Shown: positions 31,654 through 45,811 of the stretch, in pieces | Numbering within the stretch: position 1 is the stretch's first letter | Layout of the letters: each line of letters starts with the position of its first letter | NCBI GenBank assembly: GCA_964016885.1 | Contig: OZ024749.1 | Span: 47,058,001-47,122,000, forward strand | Direction of reading: 5' to 3' | Source of the DNA: Eledone cirrhosa | Lineage: Eukaryota | DNA length: 64,000 bases | Made by a program: the position numbers and the translations under genes | The notes under the pieces: generated by a model | Databases searched by the model: none | The model's input: only the letters and a program-made list of their open reading frames with translations | What the model was told of the DNA's origin: nothing

Positions 31654-32331
31654 CAGAGATACATCTTAACATGTTATTGAGGAACAGTTCCTGTGTATAT
31701 ATTTTATCAAAGGATACTATGGACATACTTTTGATATATTGCTCTGGTTATTTAATTTATTAATTCTTCATTGAGCCACATCGTGCAAGGATGCCACATA
31801 TATATCTGTGACTGTTTCGTCTGTATATATGTAAATCTTTATATTTAATAATCTCCCATTATGTTGAGATGCAAATTTTGGCGATATTGGGCTGCGCTTT
31901 CTAGCAACCAGCCCACTCGCTATAAGCAACTAATCACATTATTTCCAACTTGACCACTGCTACGACACGATTCTTAGCCATTTTGAATCTATTTCTGGAG
32001 GGAATCGCTTTGGAAAATTCTATGAGTTTGTCTCTTGATGATTTCGAAACTCGAGATTTTATCCTTAATAGGATATCTCAAAACGCGAACAAAACCCCAG
32101 GGTAGGGACATAATCACGGTAGGAGTGTACGCATTCCTTCTAACTTTAAAGTGTTATCTAATTGTGTATGGTTGACGCGAAGAGGTTGCTCTTGTTTATT
32201 TATCAAATATTTATTCATAAGAGCCTGTATTCTTATTGCCTGGTCTAATTGATTTTTTTATGTGGTTAATTATGCTAATTGGGAGAGGAAATGGTGTATA
32301 TATGTTATCAAATTATTCTATGGACATACTT

Positions 32332-32422
<91 letters not shown>

Positions 32423-32425
<3 letters not shown>

Positions 32426-32557
32426 AAAAAGTATGACCCCGACAGCAGAGCTCTGCCGTCGGGGTGATACTTTTCCCTATTTCCCACTCTACTGCCCAAA
32501 GTAATGAGTACTCTGGTGCGGTATGGTCCATCTGGTTCCTTACCACATTTCCTTTGT

Positions 32558-32559
<2 letters not shown>
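32423..32559 (+). mobile_element. Family B copy with short fold-back
   Basis: Homologous to 3887-4026 in reverse; the inversion is centred on cagagctctg; (TA)n on both sides. Confidence 0.7.
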
Positions 32560-32636
<77 letters not shown>

Positions 32637-32662
32637 GCGAGAGAGAGAGGGAGAGAGAGATA

Positions 32663-34261
32663 GACGGGCTAGGACACGATTTGGTTGATATCCTAAACTT
32701 AGTGGTTGATGAAATGAATATTGATAGTGGGAAACCTATGCCTAACATTTGTATTCAGGAAAAAGTTAAATGAAACAACAGCTAAGGTAAACAGCTAAGG
32801 CAAACAGCTTAGTCATCACATACCTTGAGGCGAGGAACCTTCAGCAATGCAACAATATCCTCAAAGCAACGGCAAATGCGGTGAGGAAATTACTTGGCAT
32901 AAAAGCAAGAGGAAACAACAAGCAAGAAAGATCGGAACCTTGGTGGAAGAAATGACTGAATGGTCAAATCAGGGAAATGAGAAATGACATTGGAAAGCTT
33001 GAGTCCCTACTGAATGGGACACTACAAAACATAGACACTAAAAATAGCCTGGAAATAAAGTACAAAACTAGGATGTAAAGGCCAAGTATTATCATAGAAG
33101 AACTGAAGTAACGCATTGTAGCAAATAACGCAAAGATTAGGCTATACGAGAGCAGAGTCAGTCAGTAAAGAGACAGAACCGCATGTTTGACAACAACGAG
33201 AAGATGTTGTTTGGACAGCTTGAAGGGAAAGAAAGATGCAACGACTTGATCCCTGAGACGGAACAAACTAACACATTATGGAGAGGAATATGGGAGCAGG
33301 ATTTTGAACATAATGATCAGGCAGTGTGGGTTGAGACAGTACAAACGGAGATTAGTGAACAGGCACACCGACAAATTGATTTGAGTATCACAGTTGAAAC
33401 TGTTAAGGGGCAGGCCAGAAAACTAACCAACTGGAAATCACCAGGCCCAGATTGTGTGTAGGGGTATTGGATTAAAAATATAACATCCCTCCACCCGAAA
33501 CTTACAACCATGTTCAATGACTACTTGATGTCAGGTGAGGTACCAGAGTGGTTGACAAAAGATACCACAGTTCTGGTAATGAACGACCGAACCAAGGATA
33601 ATGATGTTACCAACTATAGGCCTATCACATGCCTGTCCGTAATGTGGAAACTGTTAATAAGCATTGTGTCTGAGGGAATCTACCATCACCTCCACATAAA
33701 CAACTTGTTACCGGACTAACAGAACGGATGCCGTAAGAAGACCCGCGGTACAAACGACCAGTTACTTATTGATAATATGTTAATGAGGAATTGCAGCAGG
33801 AGACACACTAGTCTTGCCATAGGATGGATAGACTACAAAAACGCATTTGACATGGTGCCTCATTCTTGGATAACCAAAAGCCTAGAGATATTCAGGGTGG
33901 CAGATAACACCAGACAGTTGTTGAGCAAAAGTATAAAGTTCTGGAAAACAGAGTTAACATCGGACGGGGAATCCTTGGGGGGCGTGAAGATCAAGAGTGG
34001 TTTCTTTCAGGGAGTTTGTTTGTCCCCTCTGTTGTTTGTCGTTCCACTGACCATTATACTGCGAAAAGTTTGAGCAGGATACAAGTTGGGAAAGGGAGAG
34101 CTTACCATCAATCACCTCCACTTCATGGACGATCTTAAGCTCTTCGGGAAGAGTTAGAAGGAGTTGGATGTGTTTGTTGACACTGTCCGTATTTTCAGCA
34201 ATGATATATGTATGCACATTGGCATTAGTAAATGTGGTGTCCTTGGATTGAAGAGGGGTAA
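32663..34261 (+). pseudogene. Decayed non-LTR retrotransposon reverse transcriptase fragment, R4/Dong-like (RLE-type)
   Basis: Interrupted frames give WKSPGPD, NYRPITCL..MWKLL, WIDYKNAFDMVPHSWI, GFFQGVCLSPLLF and HLHFMDDLKLF. Multiple stops; breaks off within the RT domain before (AAT)n/(GAA)n. Confidence 0.9.
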
Positions 34262-34501
34262 ATAATAATAATGATACTAATAATAATATTACTAATAATA
34301 TAAATAAAAAAAATATATTAATAATAATATAAATATAAAGATACTAATAGTAATAGCATGGGACAGAAAGAATAAGAAGAAAAAAACGAAGTGAAATATC
34401 TAGAAAAAGAAGAAAAAAAACGAAGCGGAAAAAAATAAAAATAAGACGAACAAAGAATAATAATAATAATAAGAAGAAGAAGAATAAGAAAAGAAGCGGA
34501 A

Positions 34502-34532
<31 letters not shown>

Positions 34533-34602
34533 AAGAAGAAGAAGAAGAAGAAGAAGAAGAAGAAGAAGAAGAAGAAGAAGAAGAAGACGACGACGACAAC
34601 GA
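34260..34602. repeat. (AAT)n / (GAA)n / (GAC)n low-complexity tract
   Basis: Read directly from the sequence. Confidence 0.9.
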
Positions 34603-35034
34603 CTCACTGACATATGCCATCGCGCACTAGCATTTTTATTTTATTGTCACACCAGCAGTAAATATGTTCTATTCAAATTGCAACAACTGGAGTGTCCTCC
34701 TAAAATGTTTATGATAGGTTCGCTTACGCCTGGATTTCTTTTTTATTGATCCGAATGAAATAAAAGTAAAGACATGGACAAAATACGAACTTTGGATGGA
34801 AGGTGGGAAACAAAGAGTTCTGCTTTTAATACACACACACATGCTTAATCTCATAAAGAACAACATATAGAATACCGCCGCTGCTCATACGGTCACAAAT
34901 ATACGTATGTGTGACTGTGTGTGTATATACACAATGATCGGCTGAAAAGTTCATAGGCTGGACAAATGAGATTTTTTTTTTTCTAATATCGTATCTGGAA
35001 AAAATATGCATCCTGGAACCACCCTTCATTTATA

Positions 35035-35435
35035 TCTTCTTCTTCTTTTTCTTCTTCTTCTCCGTCGCCTACGTATTACAGAGGGCCGTGGAAGCAGCAT
35101 TCTGAAACATACCTTCCAGCACATCCTCTCAGAAGCATCCGTCTCCAATTGATTCGGCTGGAACACCAAGCGGGATCAGCCAAGCTCATATATGTTATCC
35201 AATCATTTGGCTCGAGGTCTACCCCTGGGTCTCTTGCTCCTTGGTTTTGCCCGTAAAATGTTTCCAGTGATTCTTTCGTGACACATTCTAAATATCCATA
35301 ATAAGTAGCCCACAGACTGGAGTAAGTCTCTGATCTCCCAGTTACGCATTTTATCGAGTAACCCTACTGCAAAACCCCTTCCGACGAATCCCATATCGGC
35401 GGTTTGTAATCGGAATCGTATTCTTTTAGTCATGA
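35035..35435 (-). mobile_element. RTE-clade (Expander/Rex3-like) LINE 3' fragment
   Basis: VMTKRIRFRLQTADMGF...DKMRN.EIR...KRPRGRPRAK, then LLPRP near the end and a (GAA)-rich tail. Confidence 0.75.
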
Positions 35436-35515
35436 CAAAACACATACACACACACACACACATGCACGCGCTCGCACACGCGACCACAGACACACACGCA
35501 CACACACCCATACAC

Positions 35516-35679
35516 ACATGTTTAACCCCGACGGCTGTTTCTGAACTCGGAAATAGCCGTCAAAATGGCTTGAGCTCGGCCGTCGGGGTTAAACATTTGC
35601 CTATTACCCACTCTACTACCCTGAGTATTGAGTACTTGGTGCGTGATGGTCCTTCTGGCTCTTTACCGCACTTCCTTCG

Positions 35680-35681
<2 letters not shown>
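35516..35681 (+). mobile_element. Family B copy
   Basis: taaccccgacggct...agccgtc...gccgtcggggttaaaca...cttccttcgtt followed by (TA)n. Confidence 0.7.
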
Positions 35682-35713
<32 letters not shown>

Positions 35714-35827
35714 CGAGAGATAGATAGAAAGAGAGAGCGGGGAGAATAGAGAGAAATAGAGATAAAGAAAGATAGAGAAAGAGAGAGACGGAGAGATAGA
35801 GGTCTTCTGCATAGAATTAGGCAGACA

Positions 35828-35870
35828 TATAGATAGTCAGATAGATAGACAGATAGATAGATAGATATAC

Positions 35871-35947
<77 letters not shown>

Positions 35948-35954
35948 TATAGAT

Positions 35955-35985
<31 letters not shown>

Positions 35986-35987
35986 TA
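35828..35987. repeat. (GATA)n microsatellite
   Basis: Read directly from the sequence. Confidence 0.95.
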
Positions 35988-36402
35988 TAAATGTCTGCGT
36001 ATATATAAGCATAATATGAATGATAATCACAATGTATGCACAAAATCTAATCATGGAAGTATGCGAACGAATAAATAAATAATATATTCCAAATATTCTA
36101 TATTAAAACACTATAATTAACATAGTTTAACAAGAGAATAAAATGAAAGTAATTAGATAAAATAACTTACTGACAAGAATATTCAATTCTCTTTTAAAAT
36201 CGATAGCCTCACACTGAATATTGCACCTGGTTTTTGCATAACTTAATTGTGTCAGTTCATGAGGTTCTTGCAAATAACACATTCATAAACTCATTATCAC
36301 TGTGTATGAACATATATCGTGGTACATATGAAATTAGTATTCAGAAAAGTCATTAAAATCAGTGAGAAAGAACTATTAAAGTTAATGCAAAATATGTATG
36401 GA

Positions 36403-36520
<118 letters not shown>

Positions 36521-36595
36521 TATGTATGTATAATATATATATATATATTTCGTTTCTAAATTTGTTTAGCAACTTGACCCTCCCAAAGTATAACA

Positions 36596-36626
<31 letters not shown>

Positions 36627-36666
36627 ATACATATATATATATAATATATAATATATATATATAATA

Positions 36667-36697
<31 letters not shown>

Positions 36698-36816
36698 ATT
36701 ACATATACACACAGGGTCGGTTGAAACGTTCGTAGACAGAATATAAGAGATTAATACTAGTTTTTTGAAAGCGTGCATGCATGAATGTCAATTCCTCTCA
36801 TTAATGACTGTATAAA

Positions 36817-36998
36817 GGGCGGTGGATTGGCAGTATCGGTAGAGGGTCGGACGCCATGCTTTCCAGCATAGTTACGTCCCTTTACGATCTGAGTTCAAAT
36901 CCCGCCGAGGTTGACTTTGCCTTTCATCGGGGTCGATAAAATAAAGTACCAGTAATGCACTGGGTAATTGCTGGCATTGTGCCAAAAGTAGAAACAAT
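36817..36998 (+). mobile_element. tRNA-headed SINE, full length
   Basis: Full consensus; possible TSD taatgactgtat / taataactgtat. Confidence 0.9.
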
Positions 36999-37015
36999 TA
37001 ATAACTGTATTGTTT

Positions 37016-37115
<100 letters not shown>

Positions 37116-37130
37116 CTCTCTCTCTATCTG

Positions 37131-37189
<59 letters not shown>

Positions 37190-38290
37190 ATGATTGTTTA
37201 TGTGTCTGTGTAATATGTAAATACGAATCATGTATCAAGCGAATATTCGAACATAGATGGGTTTAGCTGTACGTGTAAAATTATTGATATTTAACAAATT
37301 ATATTATGTACATAACATAAATACATTCAAGTATATAATAAGCAATATAAATTCTATAATGGTATTTGTCCTTTTTTCAAGTCCTGATTATGGCGCTATT
37401 AGTGATATCTTGACATCGTTGCAAGCGATGTCATATACGTCATTGTTAAGTAACAGGTAATATTTTATTGAAAGTATAGAAGATTAGAATTGGTATTTCT
37501 CTTGAGTATCTCAGTAAGTTCTGTAATGCAAGGTGTTATCATTATCTGATATATTGTTTCGAAATAGTGCATAAAACGAACTACGAACAACAACCTGTTA
37601 TCACAAACAAGGGACCTACTTACTATATATTAGGTAAGGGTTTGTGATAGTACATCCTTTCAAACAGAGAATTACATTATTAACTGTACCCCGCCATTCA
37701 GCACACGAATATAATACGTATGTAACCTTTGGTTAAGAAAACATTGGGAAGTATTTTAACTCGATATGTACCGTATTTATATGAATTGCTGTCAATTTAA
37801 GTTATGATCTTGTAGGCTTCCTGAAATGTTTGGGAACAGTCCAATTCTGAGTAGAATATTCATTTGAAAGGAAGGTGCGACTCATCAGTTTCAGGAAGAA
37901 TGTCTCACATATAAAGACATAGGTACATACATTAATGAATATATTCGCCATTGATTCGCCATTGGATTAACATTTAATTTTTCCAATGTCGTATTTTATC
38001 AGCTTTTATATCATCTTATATATATATATCATCTTATATATATATCATCTTATATATATATAAGATGATCTTATATATATATATATATCAAGTATTCAAT
38101 AACTACTCCACATTTTCTGACGGCTCACAGCTATGTTTAGAACTGGTGTATCATTATCTAAATATACTAATTAATTTTACAATATGATTGTTATAAATAT
38201 GGTGCTGGTAAGAGGGATAGAGTCCCTTCATTATTTTGAAGATATTACTCGCCAAAAATACCTTATTTCATTAAGAATTTTCTTTTTTAA

Positions 38291-38366
38291 TAATTGTTTC
38301 TACTTTTGGCACAAGGTCAGCAAAAACCCAGTGTATTACTGGTACTTTATTTTATCGACCCCGTAA
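38291..38366 (-). mobile_element. SINE 3' fragment
   Basis: aattgtttctacttttggcacaagg...ctggtactttattttatcgaccccgtaa. Confidence 0.8.
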
Positions 38367-39745
38367 TGTTACAATTTCAGGTTGTTTTGTAAACATATAT
38401 ACCGGTGCCTGTTTAATAACTTGTGCCATGGAGCCGTTTTAAAACATTCCCCATGTCACACACGTTTTCGGTGTCTTTTATTTATATCAGTAAACCAGAT
38501 GAGAAAACCTTTCTGCAAACGAAAGTACTCACTAAAATTTCATCAACACCTACAGGCTATTGAAATCTCAACTAGAACCAATAAAGAATGACAAACATTG
38601 AAATCGTTAAAATGTACGTAGATGAAAAAAAAAAGAAATTTCATGAAATTGTGGAGGTTTTAACAAAAACACTTTCAATTTTAACGTTCAATTTAAGCCT
38701 GTACATCTGCAATTGCATATAGAAATGTTTAAATCAGGAAATAATACAAGGAAAATAGAAAAATAAACCGAATAAATAAATGCTGCTCTGATGAATTTAG
38801 GAGCATGTTTTATTGGAAAAAGTCTCAATGTCGACAATATAAATTGACAGAATGTGAATATGTCAAGAGAAATAATCAATTTAGATTTGTTACAAACCCA
38901 AGTGTGCGTTTTCTCACACTAAGCAATAATCTATATAGTTAATTTTACTTTAAATAATTGAAAGTGAATATGTATTATATTTTCTTCCTAGAAATTGGGT
39001 CCGAGGGATAAAACAAACACACATATGTTTATATTGAAATACAACAGGCACAATTCATTTAATTTATTATTGACAAACATACCGATGGTAATGTAATAAT
39101 TTCTGTTAGAATCAAGTGTCTATGCATACCGATAAGTGTATGTATATGTATCAAGTTATATAATGCTTGTAAAACTTTGAAGTAAAGTAAAATATACAGT
39201 GGAAAAAGTATTAGTTATCGGTGACTAATATTAAATTTACCATGTTGTATGGAATTACATAGTGATACATAGGATATGCGTTTCACGAATTCTAATTTCA
39301 TCGCCGGAAGTAGAGGGATATTAATCTGTTAGGGATGGTGTTGCGATTTATTTTGGGCGAATGATTCACATCAGTTTATGCCAAGTAACATATTATATGA
39401 CACTCATATGTCCTTTCTAAAATATTCAGATATATCAGCTGTTATGTTTTAATGTTGTTTTATATACCTACTCATAGTGAAAGATACAGTTGAAGAGTTG
39501 ATTGGGAACACAACTATATTGTCAATCAAGACAAATTAGTTTAAATAATGTATGGGTGGTCGAATATGGAGTATATTAACTGAGATCATGTCATAATACA
39601 CACAAGGAAATATTTAATGGTATAGGTAAGGTAATGAGTATGACTATATATCTCCTAAGAAAAATGGACTACAAAACGAATACCTTAATAAAATACAATA
39701 TTTCGAAAATGTCTCAGCAGCATTCACCAATTATAAATATAAAGG

Positions 39746-39837
39746 AACAGTAAAGGGACAGAGAATACAAGAAAAAATATGGGATATATATATATATATC
39801 CCATATTTTTTCTTGTATTCTCTGTCCCTTTACTGTT
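39746..39837. repeat. Perfect 92-bp palindrome centred on a (TA)n tract
   Basis: aacagtaaagggacagagaatacaagaaaaaatatggg (at)8 cccatattttttcttgtattctctgtccctttactgtt. Confidence 0.9.
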
Positions 39838-39854
39838 ACGGGGTACTACTCCTT

Positions 39855-39889
<35 letters not shown>

Positions 39890-39892
<3 letters not shown>

Positions 39893-40078
39893 AATGAGTA
39901 GGACCCCGACGGCTGAGCTCGAGCCGTTTCGACGGCTAATTCTGGACTGAATTAGCCGTCGGTACGGCTTGAGTTCAGCTGTCGGGGCCCTACTCGTTCC
40001 TATTACCACTCAACTACCCTAAGTATTGAGTACTTTGGTGCGTTATGGTCCACCTGGTTCCTTACCACATTTCCTTCG

Positions 40079-40080
<2 letters not shown>
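39890..40080 (+). mobile_element. Family B fold-back copy
   Basis: Arms meet at about 39945; ends ttccttcgtt plus (TA)n. Confidence 0.75.
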
Positions 40081-40117
<37 letters not shown>

Positions 40118-40168
40118 GTATATATATATATTATATGTTTGTATAAAGAACAATTGTTTCACCTTCAC

Positions 40169-40206
40169 CGAGCTGAGGATCCGCTAATGTGAAACAATTT
40201 TTCTCG
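40169..40206 (+). ncRNA. Minimal hammerhead-like motif, slightly decayed
   Basis: cgag CTGAGGA tccgctaatgt GAAA caattt TT ctcg. The inverted partial copy just upstream (40146-40163) reads ggtGAAAcaattgTTctt on minus, which restores the palindromic stem III. Confidence 0.5.
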
Positions 40207-40235
40207 CTATGGTGAACTAACTGTGGTGTAACCTC

Positions 40236-40310
<75 letters not shown>

Positions 40311-43300
40311 TAGAGAGAGAGTGAGAGTGAGAGTGAGAGAGAGATAGAGAGAGAGAGGGGAGAGAGAGGGACATATAGAGACAGAGAGAGATAGAGAGCT
40401 ATCCTAAGAATGTGTTATCTTTGGTATGAGGTTCAGAATATGTATAAGCGTACTTTTCAACGTGTCATTTAAAATTGAATAATTAAATAATTGCCTCAAT
40501 TTATTCTTTAAACGTTGTTGTGCCTTTGTGAAATTTCAGATCAATTGACGTGTGTTACTGACAAACTTGACATCAATATCTTTGTGGTGCATAACATCAG
40601 GTATGTATAGATGAAGAAATATAAAATGCAATTAATTGCAACTGAAACGGAGGTTTTACCATGATGAAATGTTACTAATGTATGACACGCAACCCGGAGG
40701 TTTGTTAAGTTGATGTTCCTCAGAATTGAGCTAAGATGAGGTTTCTCAGAATTTACACAGTGTAGTTACTATGTACTAACCGTTCAGACTACATCGTTGT
40801 AAGTTCTATGATAATTTTACACAAAACGAGAGAATGTATTTGCAAAAGTTAATATATAATGTTTTAATTTAATAAATTCACTATCATTATTCAATATTAA
40901 ATTTCTCATAGAATAAAGTATCAAACATCCACATGACTTTCAACAGTGTACGTTCACTAATATTTACCATACTTCCTTTCATGTCATAAAATGTCTGTTA
41001 GATGTTCAAATTCATTTGATAAAAATATAATTTCACGAAATATCTTTATTTATATTTGAACAAACACTATTTCTATTCAAATTTCAATATATTCATAAAA
41101 TGTAAGCATATATTCGATTTGTTTACCTTCATATTACCTTACCATTTGATATTATGTAATTACTCAACTTTATTGATAACTTTTGACACAATATAAGAGG
41201 TGAATTCTTGGTGCAACGAGAGATGAACCTGGAGTTGCACCTGTCGAATAAACCTATTTGCGTCCTATTTTGACAACAATTATAACGCGGAATAAAACAA
41301 CGAAAGTTCATACAAAGTAAACACGATTAATATTCCGCAAATATATTCATACATTTAAGTATGAAAATATTTGCGGAAATGAAGATAGATATAATACGCA
41401 TACTTGCTTGAAAATGTTCGGCTCTCCTGGGAGTTGCTTACCACCAAGTTGTTTTTGTAATTATCTATCAGATATATCAGGCAAGTGAGTGTGTTCGAAT
41501 TCACCCTGTATCACTATATTGATTTTTGCTTTGTTTTTTCTATATCCATATCTTTACTATTACAGAATAATTACCACCATTGGTAGGTGCACTTGTGGCA
41601 GGAATTGTGATGGGTAATGGTCTAAATAGGTCGCTTAGCACATCACATTTATTACACATGTATGAACTTTATTAAATTAAACAAATCCGCATATTGAAGC
41701 AGTGAGAGGTTTTAACATGAGTTAACGAGAGGTCGTTTAGTGCAAGCATATTTGTTTTCGGTATATACTAGAGTGAACGTTGCACTGAGTAAAGTATGTA
41801 AATGTCAAAATGGATGGACATCACTTCCTGCACTACATTTGATAATATATACAAACAATAGTATTTCAACATCATTAATATTAACATGATTTCATGTTTA
41901 CACACATATATGGACTTAATGCATTTCATTGAAAACTGATTCAATATGTCCAATATACGACTATCTCTCATGCGTTTGTATTAAAGATGAAATATGAATC
42001 ACAGTTATCGTAGCATATATGACCTTAAGCTTAATATTGAACATTTGAGAAATCCTAAATATAATACCATTATTTTAATAGTATGCTTTTTTTAATCCCA
42101 TCATTTGTAACCACAATGGGTGCAATCACTATGTTATCGTTTAGATTTTATCTTTTCGTATTTATGACATTGTGTTTATCTCTAGCTTTTTTCGTCAAAG
42201 GCTTATCTTCTTAAACCTTTACTGTAGTTATCATCTTACTTTCAATGCAAGAAAACTAATTATGTCCCTAGGCATTGGAATATGTTTTATTTCACTTGCT
42301 TCATTTACTAAAAGGAATACCAAAAACAAAAACATCAAATTTCATTAAACATTTTAAAATATTTCAAAGTTAAATTAATAGAAGAATAATATTTATTATT
42401 TTTTTTTTTCATAATTTCCAAATTTTAAAACAGTTTTCAACTTTCATTGAAAAGTACTTTTTTTCATGAATAATTATTGCGAAGTATCATGGGAAATGAG
42501 TATTCCTTTGTGTGAACGCTTATGCAGGTATTCACTCTGCACATAATTTAAAATTTAAACAGCGGAATATGAAATCATTCGAATGATGAGGGTTTTACTT
42601 TATGCATGCATGATTGCAAGCGTATTTCTGTGCACTCTAAGACACAGGATTCTATAATATTAGTCTAGAACATTTAGTTTAAAAGACTCTGTAAGAGAAT
42701 GCTAGGTTTTATATACACACGAGTGAAACAAAATTGAAAAATATAAAGTTATTAGCAGAATACAGAGCTTTAAAATTGTATTTCATAATAGTTAAGCAGT
42801 CAGCAGTATTTCCCACCAGTAAAGTTTAAACAGTTTCACAAGGAAACACCGATACACTGTGTATGTTTGTTTACATGTAAGTATTGATGATTGAGTCTCA
42901 AACAATATTTCGATGTCTTATATTCTCTTCAACGGATAAGTGACCTACACACATATTAGATGTATAGCATATCCCAGCGCAGAAAACACAACATTAAGTT
43001 CAACTGAAATCAATCTTAATGCATTAGACATTATGATTTAATTCATTTTCTTTAACCGCAAATCCTTAGTTGAAGAAAATATTGAAAATAAATTTAAAAA
43101 AAAACCCAGAAAGATTGAAAAGACACATGGCGAAAATCATTTCTAGTAATATGGAAACAATTAATCCAGATTCATCACATGCAATGTTGTGCATTACATT
43201 TAGTGTTAGGTTTATGAATAAAAAGGGATTTTGAAGGCCTGCTTCTCAATCATGAGAATCCTACATAATATTTACAAAAGGCAAATCATATAAATCATTT

Positions 43301-44394
43301 GTTAATTCTGATTCCGTTCGTTTGTGTTTAGGAATCGATAAGGTTGATTGAGCGGGTATCAACGTGCCTGGCATTATTGAAAGAAACATGTAAACAAGTG
43401 AACTTTACAGTATGATTAAATAAATATAACTGTAAATGAAAATTATTGATATACCGATATGCATTATAAATATACGACAAAAGTGCAAAGCTTAAGACGG
43501 GAAGTACATTCAGAAACATCTGCTTTAACCGACTATACTCTGTAACATTCAATAGGAGTACAACAGTAATATAAGGAATTAACTAATTAGATTAAGGGTA
43601 GAATTAGATTAACTATAATATCCATACCTGAAAGACACGAAATATCAACTAAGAAAAAGAGGACAACGACAGTAGAATGAACGAAATATGTGGTAGTATT
43701 AGTAAGATAAGTTGAAATGCATAGAATAACAGAAGGAACGGAAATGATTAATAGTATCTGATGGGGCCTTGTGATTATAAAACGTCTTATCAATGATTTC
43801 CATCAAAATATCATCCTTTAAATTTCGGTTATATCGGCATGTTTACATGTGGAGACAAGGCGCTTGGTTTCTTTTAATAATTTGCCAATGCAGGATCTAT
43901 ACCGTGAAAGATACAACTCAAAACTTAAGTGATACAACCACTTTTGTGTTGAAAGTTGAACAGGATCTGTTGACAACCGGTTAGTCTAGAACAATCCAAT
44001 ATATTGGGTACACCGTGCATCAATTCTTGTGGATGTATATAACAATATATTGTTACTGCTATGTTATCATAGGCAGCCATTCAAAAGTCAGACATGAATT
44101 GACCAGCCACTACTGCAAGCTGTGCTTTTTCCATTTCGATTTTTTTATTTATTTTTGCTTATATTTGTTTTCGTGTATTCTTAGGATGGTAGATGGGTAA
44201 CATCGGTAGAACATTTCTTAAGACGCATTGCGGAATAGGTTTAAAACCATTACGTTCTGAATTGAAATTCTATTGAGGTTAGCTTTATGGATTCAAGAGA
44301 ATGAATTAGGTGCTGATAGTCATATGAACATCCTTCAAACAATTATTAAAATCAAGTCTGTTACGATGAGAATCATGTGATGTTATTTTCATGA

Positions 44395-44578
44395 GGGCAG
44401 TGCATTGGCAGTATTGGTAGAGAGTCGGACGCCATGCTTTCCAGCATAGTTACGTCTCTTCACTGTCTGAGTTCAAATCCCGCCGAGGTTTACTTTGCCT
44501 TTCATCCTTACGGGGTCGATAAAATAAAGTACCAGTAATGCACTGGTAATTGCTGGCCTTATGCCAGAAGTAGAAACA
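44395..44578 (+). mobile_element. tRNA-headed SINE with 13-bp TSD
   Basis: gttattttcatga at 44382-44394 and 44579-44591. Confidence 0.9.
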
Positions 44579-44671
44579 GTTATTTTCATGAAAATAATGA
44601 TGACGGTGATTAGGAGGAAGCGAGATAATGATATTCTTCGCTGTAATAGTGTTGTCAGTGGAGATGATTAA

Positions 44672-44675
44672 GGAT

Positions 44676-44707
<32 letters not shown>

Positions 44708-44838
44708 GATGATAATGTTTATGATGATAAGGTGATGATGATGATGATAATGACGATGATGTTGAAGATAAAAATGGCGACGACGTTGATGATGAGTATG
44801 GTGATGATGATGATGATGAAGATGATGATGATGATGAT
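44672..44838. repeat. (GAT)n microsatellite
   Basis: Read directly from the sequence. Confidence 0.9.
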
Positions 44839-45613
44839 ACATACTTATCCGCTAAATGATGATACTGATTAAAATATATGCGATAATGATGTTAGAATAC
44901 CCCTCCATCCAAACTATAAAAAAAAAAAATCATTCAAACAAATCATGCATTTTCTAATTTATATCACGGTTAAATGATTACGTTTTAAAATGGCTCCACA
45001 ACCGTAATTGCCTCGAAGGAAAATCTTCCATCTCGATATATATATATACTATTTTTTATAATTCTAAGAAGAAAAAAAAAATTAAATAAAATAGTGCAAC
45101 AATCTATTTATTTTCGTATAATAACTCAGATTAAAATGAGGTATTTACATTTAACTATCTACCATGTTTAGTGACTTAGGTTACAGTTAACGCGAACAAC
45201 ATAAATATATCTGAAGGCAATTGCACATTTCATTTCTCTGATATCGAATTTTGACATTTACATTTTCTTCTGGATTTTTTTTTTTTTTTTACTTTTCATG
45301 TGAAGTCAGGTATAATTACAAGGTGTAAAGAATATATTCATATATATTCATATATATGTATACCAAAACACGCGTCATGTATATATATATATATATATAT
45401 ATATACATGGTTGCAGCCAAGCTAACGAATGCACTTTCGGTGTGCAGCTAAGCACTGGATAGGGTATATAACCCTAGAGTTATAACATTATGTTTAGACA
45501 GCTTTGCAAAATGAAGACAGCGACCGATAGGAGGGCCGCGGTCACCATAGCGACGAACAAGACTGAGCTCAGGAAAAATGATATATATATATATGTATAT
45601 TTATTAAAATAAC

Positions 45614-45665
<52 letters not shown>

Positions 45666-45669
<4 letters not shown>

Positions 45670-45811
45670 CACTATGTTGAAAAGGTAACACACTAAAGAG
45701 AGAAAGTTTGCCACGGAAAAACAGGGAAAACCACCACGCGGGCGGTTTTCTCGGTTTTATTGAGGGCACAATTTCTCTCTCTTGTGTGTTACCTTTTCAA
45801 CATATTGTATT
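45666..45811. repeat. Imperfect inverted repeat next to (TA)n
   Basis: aatacactatgttgaaaaggtaacaca... versus ...tgtgttaccttttcaacatattgtatt. Confidence 0.75.

Noticed and set aside
32025-32060. TTGATGA tttc GAAA ctcgag
   Set aside because: No stem II and no valid triplet.
36710-36750. GAAA cgttcg TA next to a microsatellite
   Set aside because: Only a short half motif, single copy in the window.
36817-36905. SINE heads as tRNA genes
   Set aside because: A and B boxes are present, but there is no cloverleaf and each head is fused to a SINE body.
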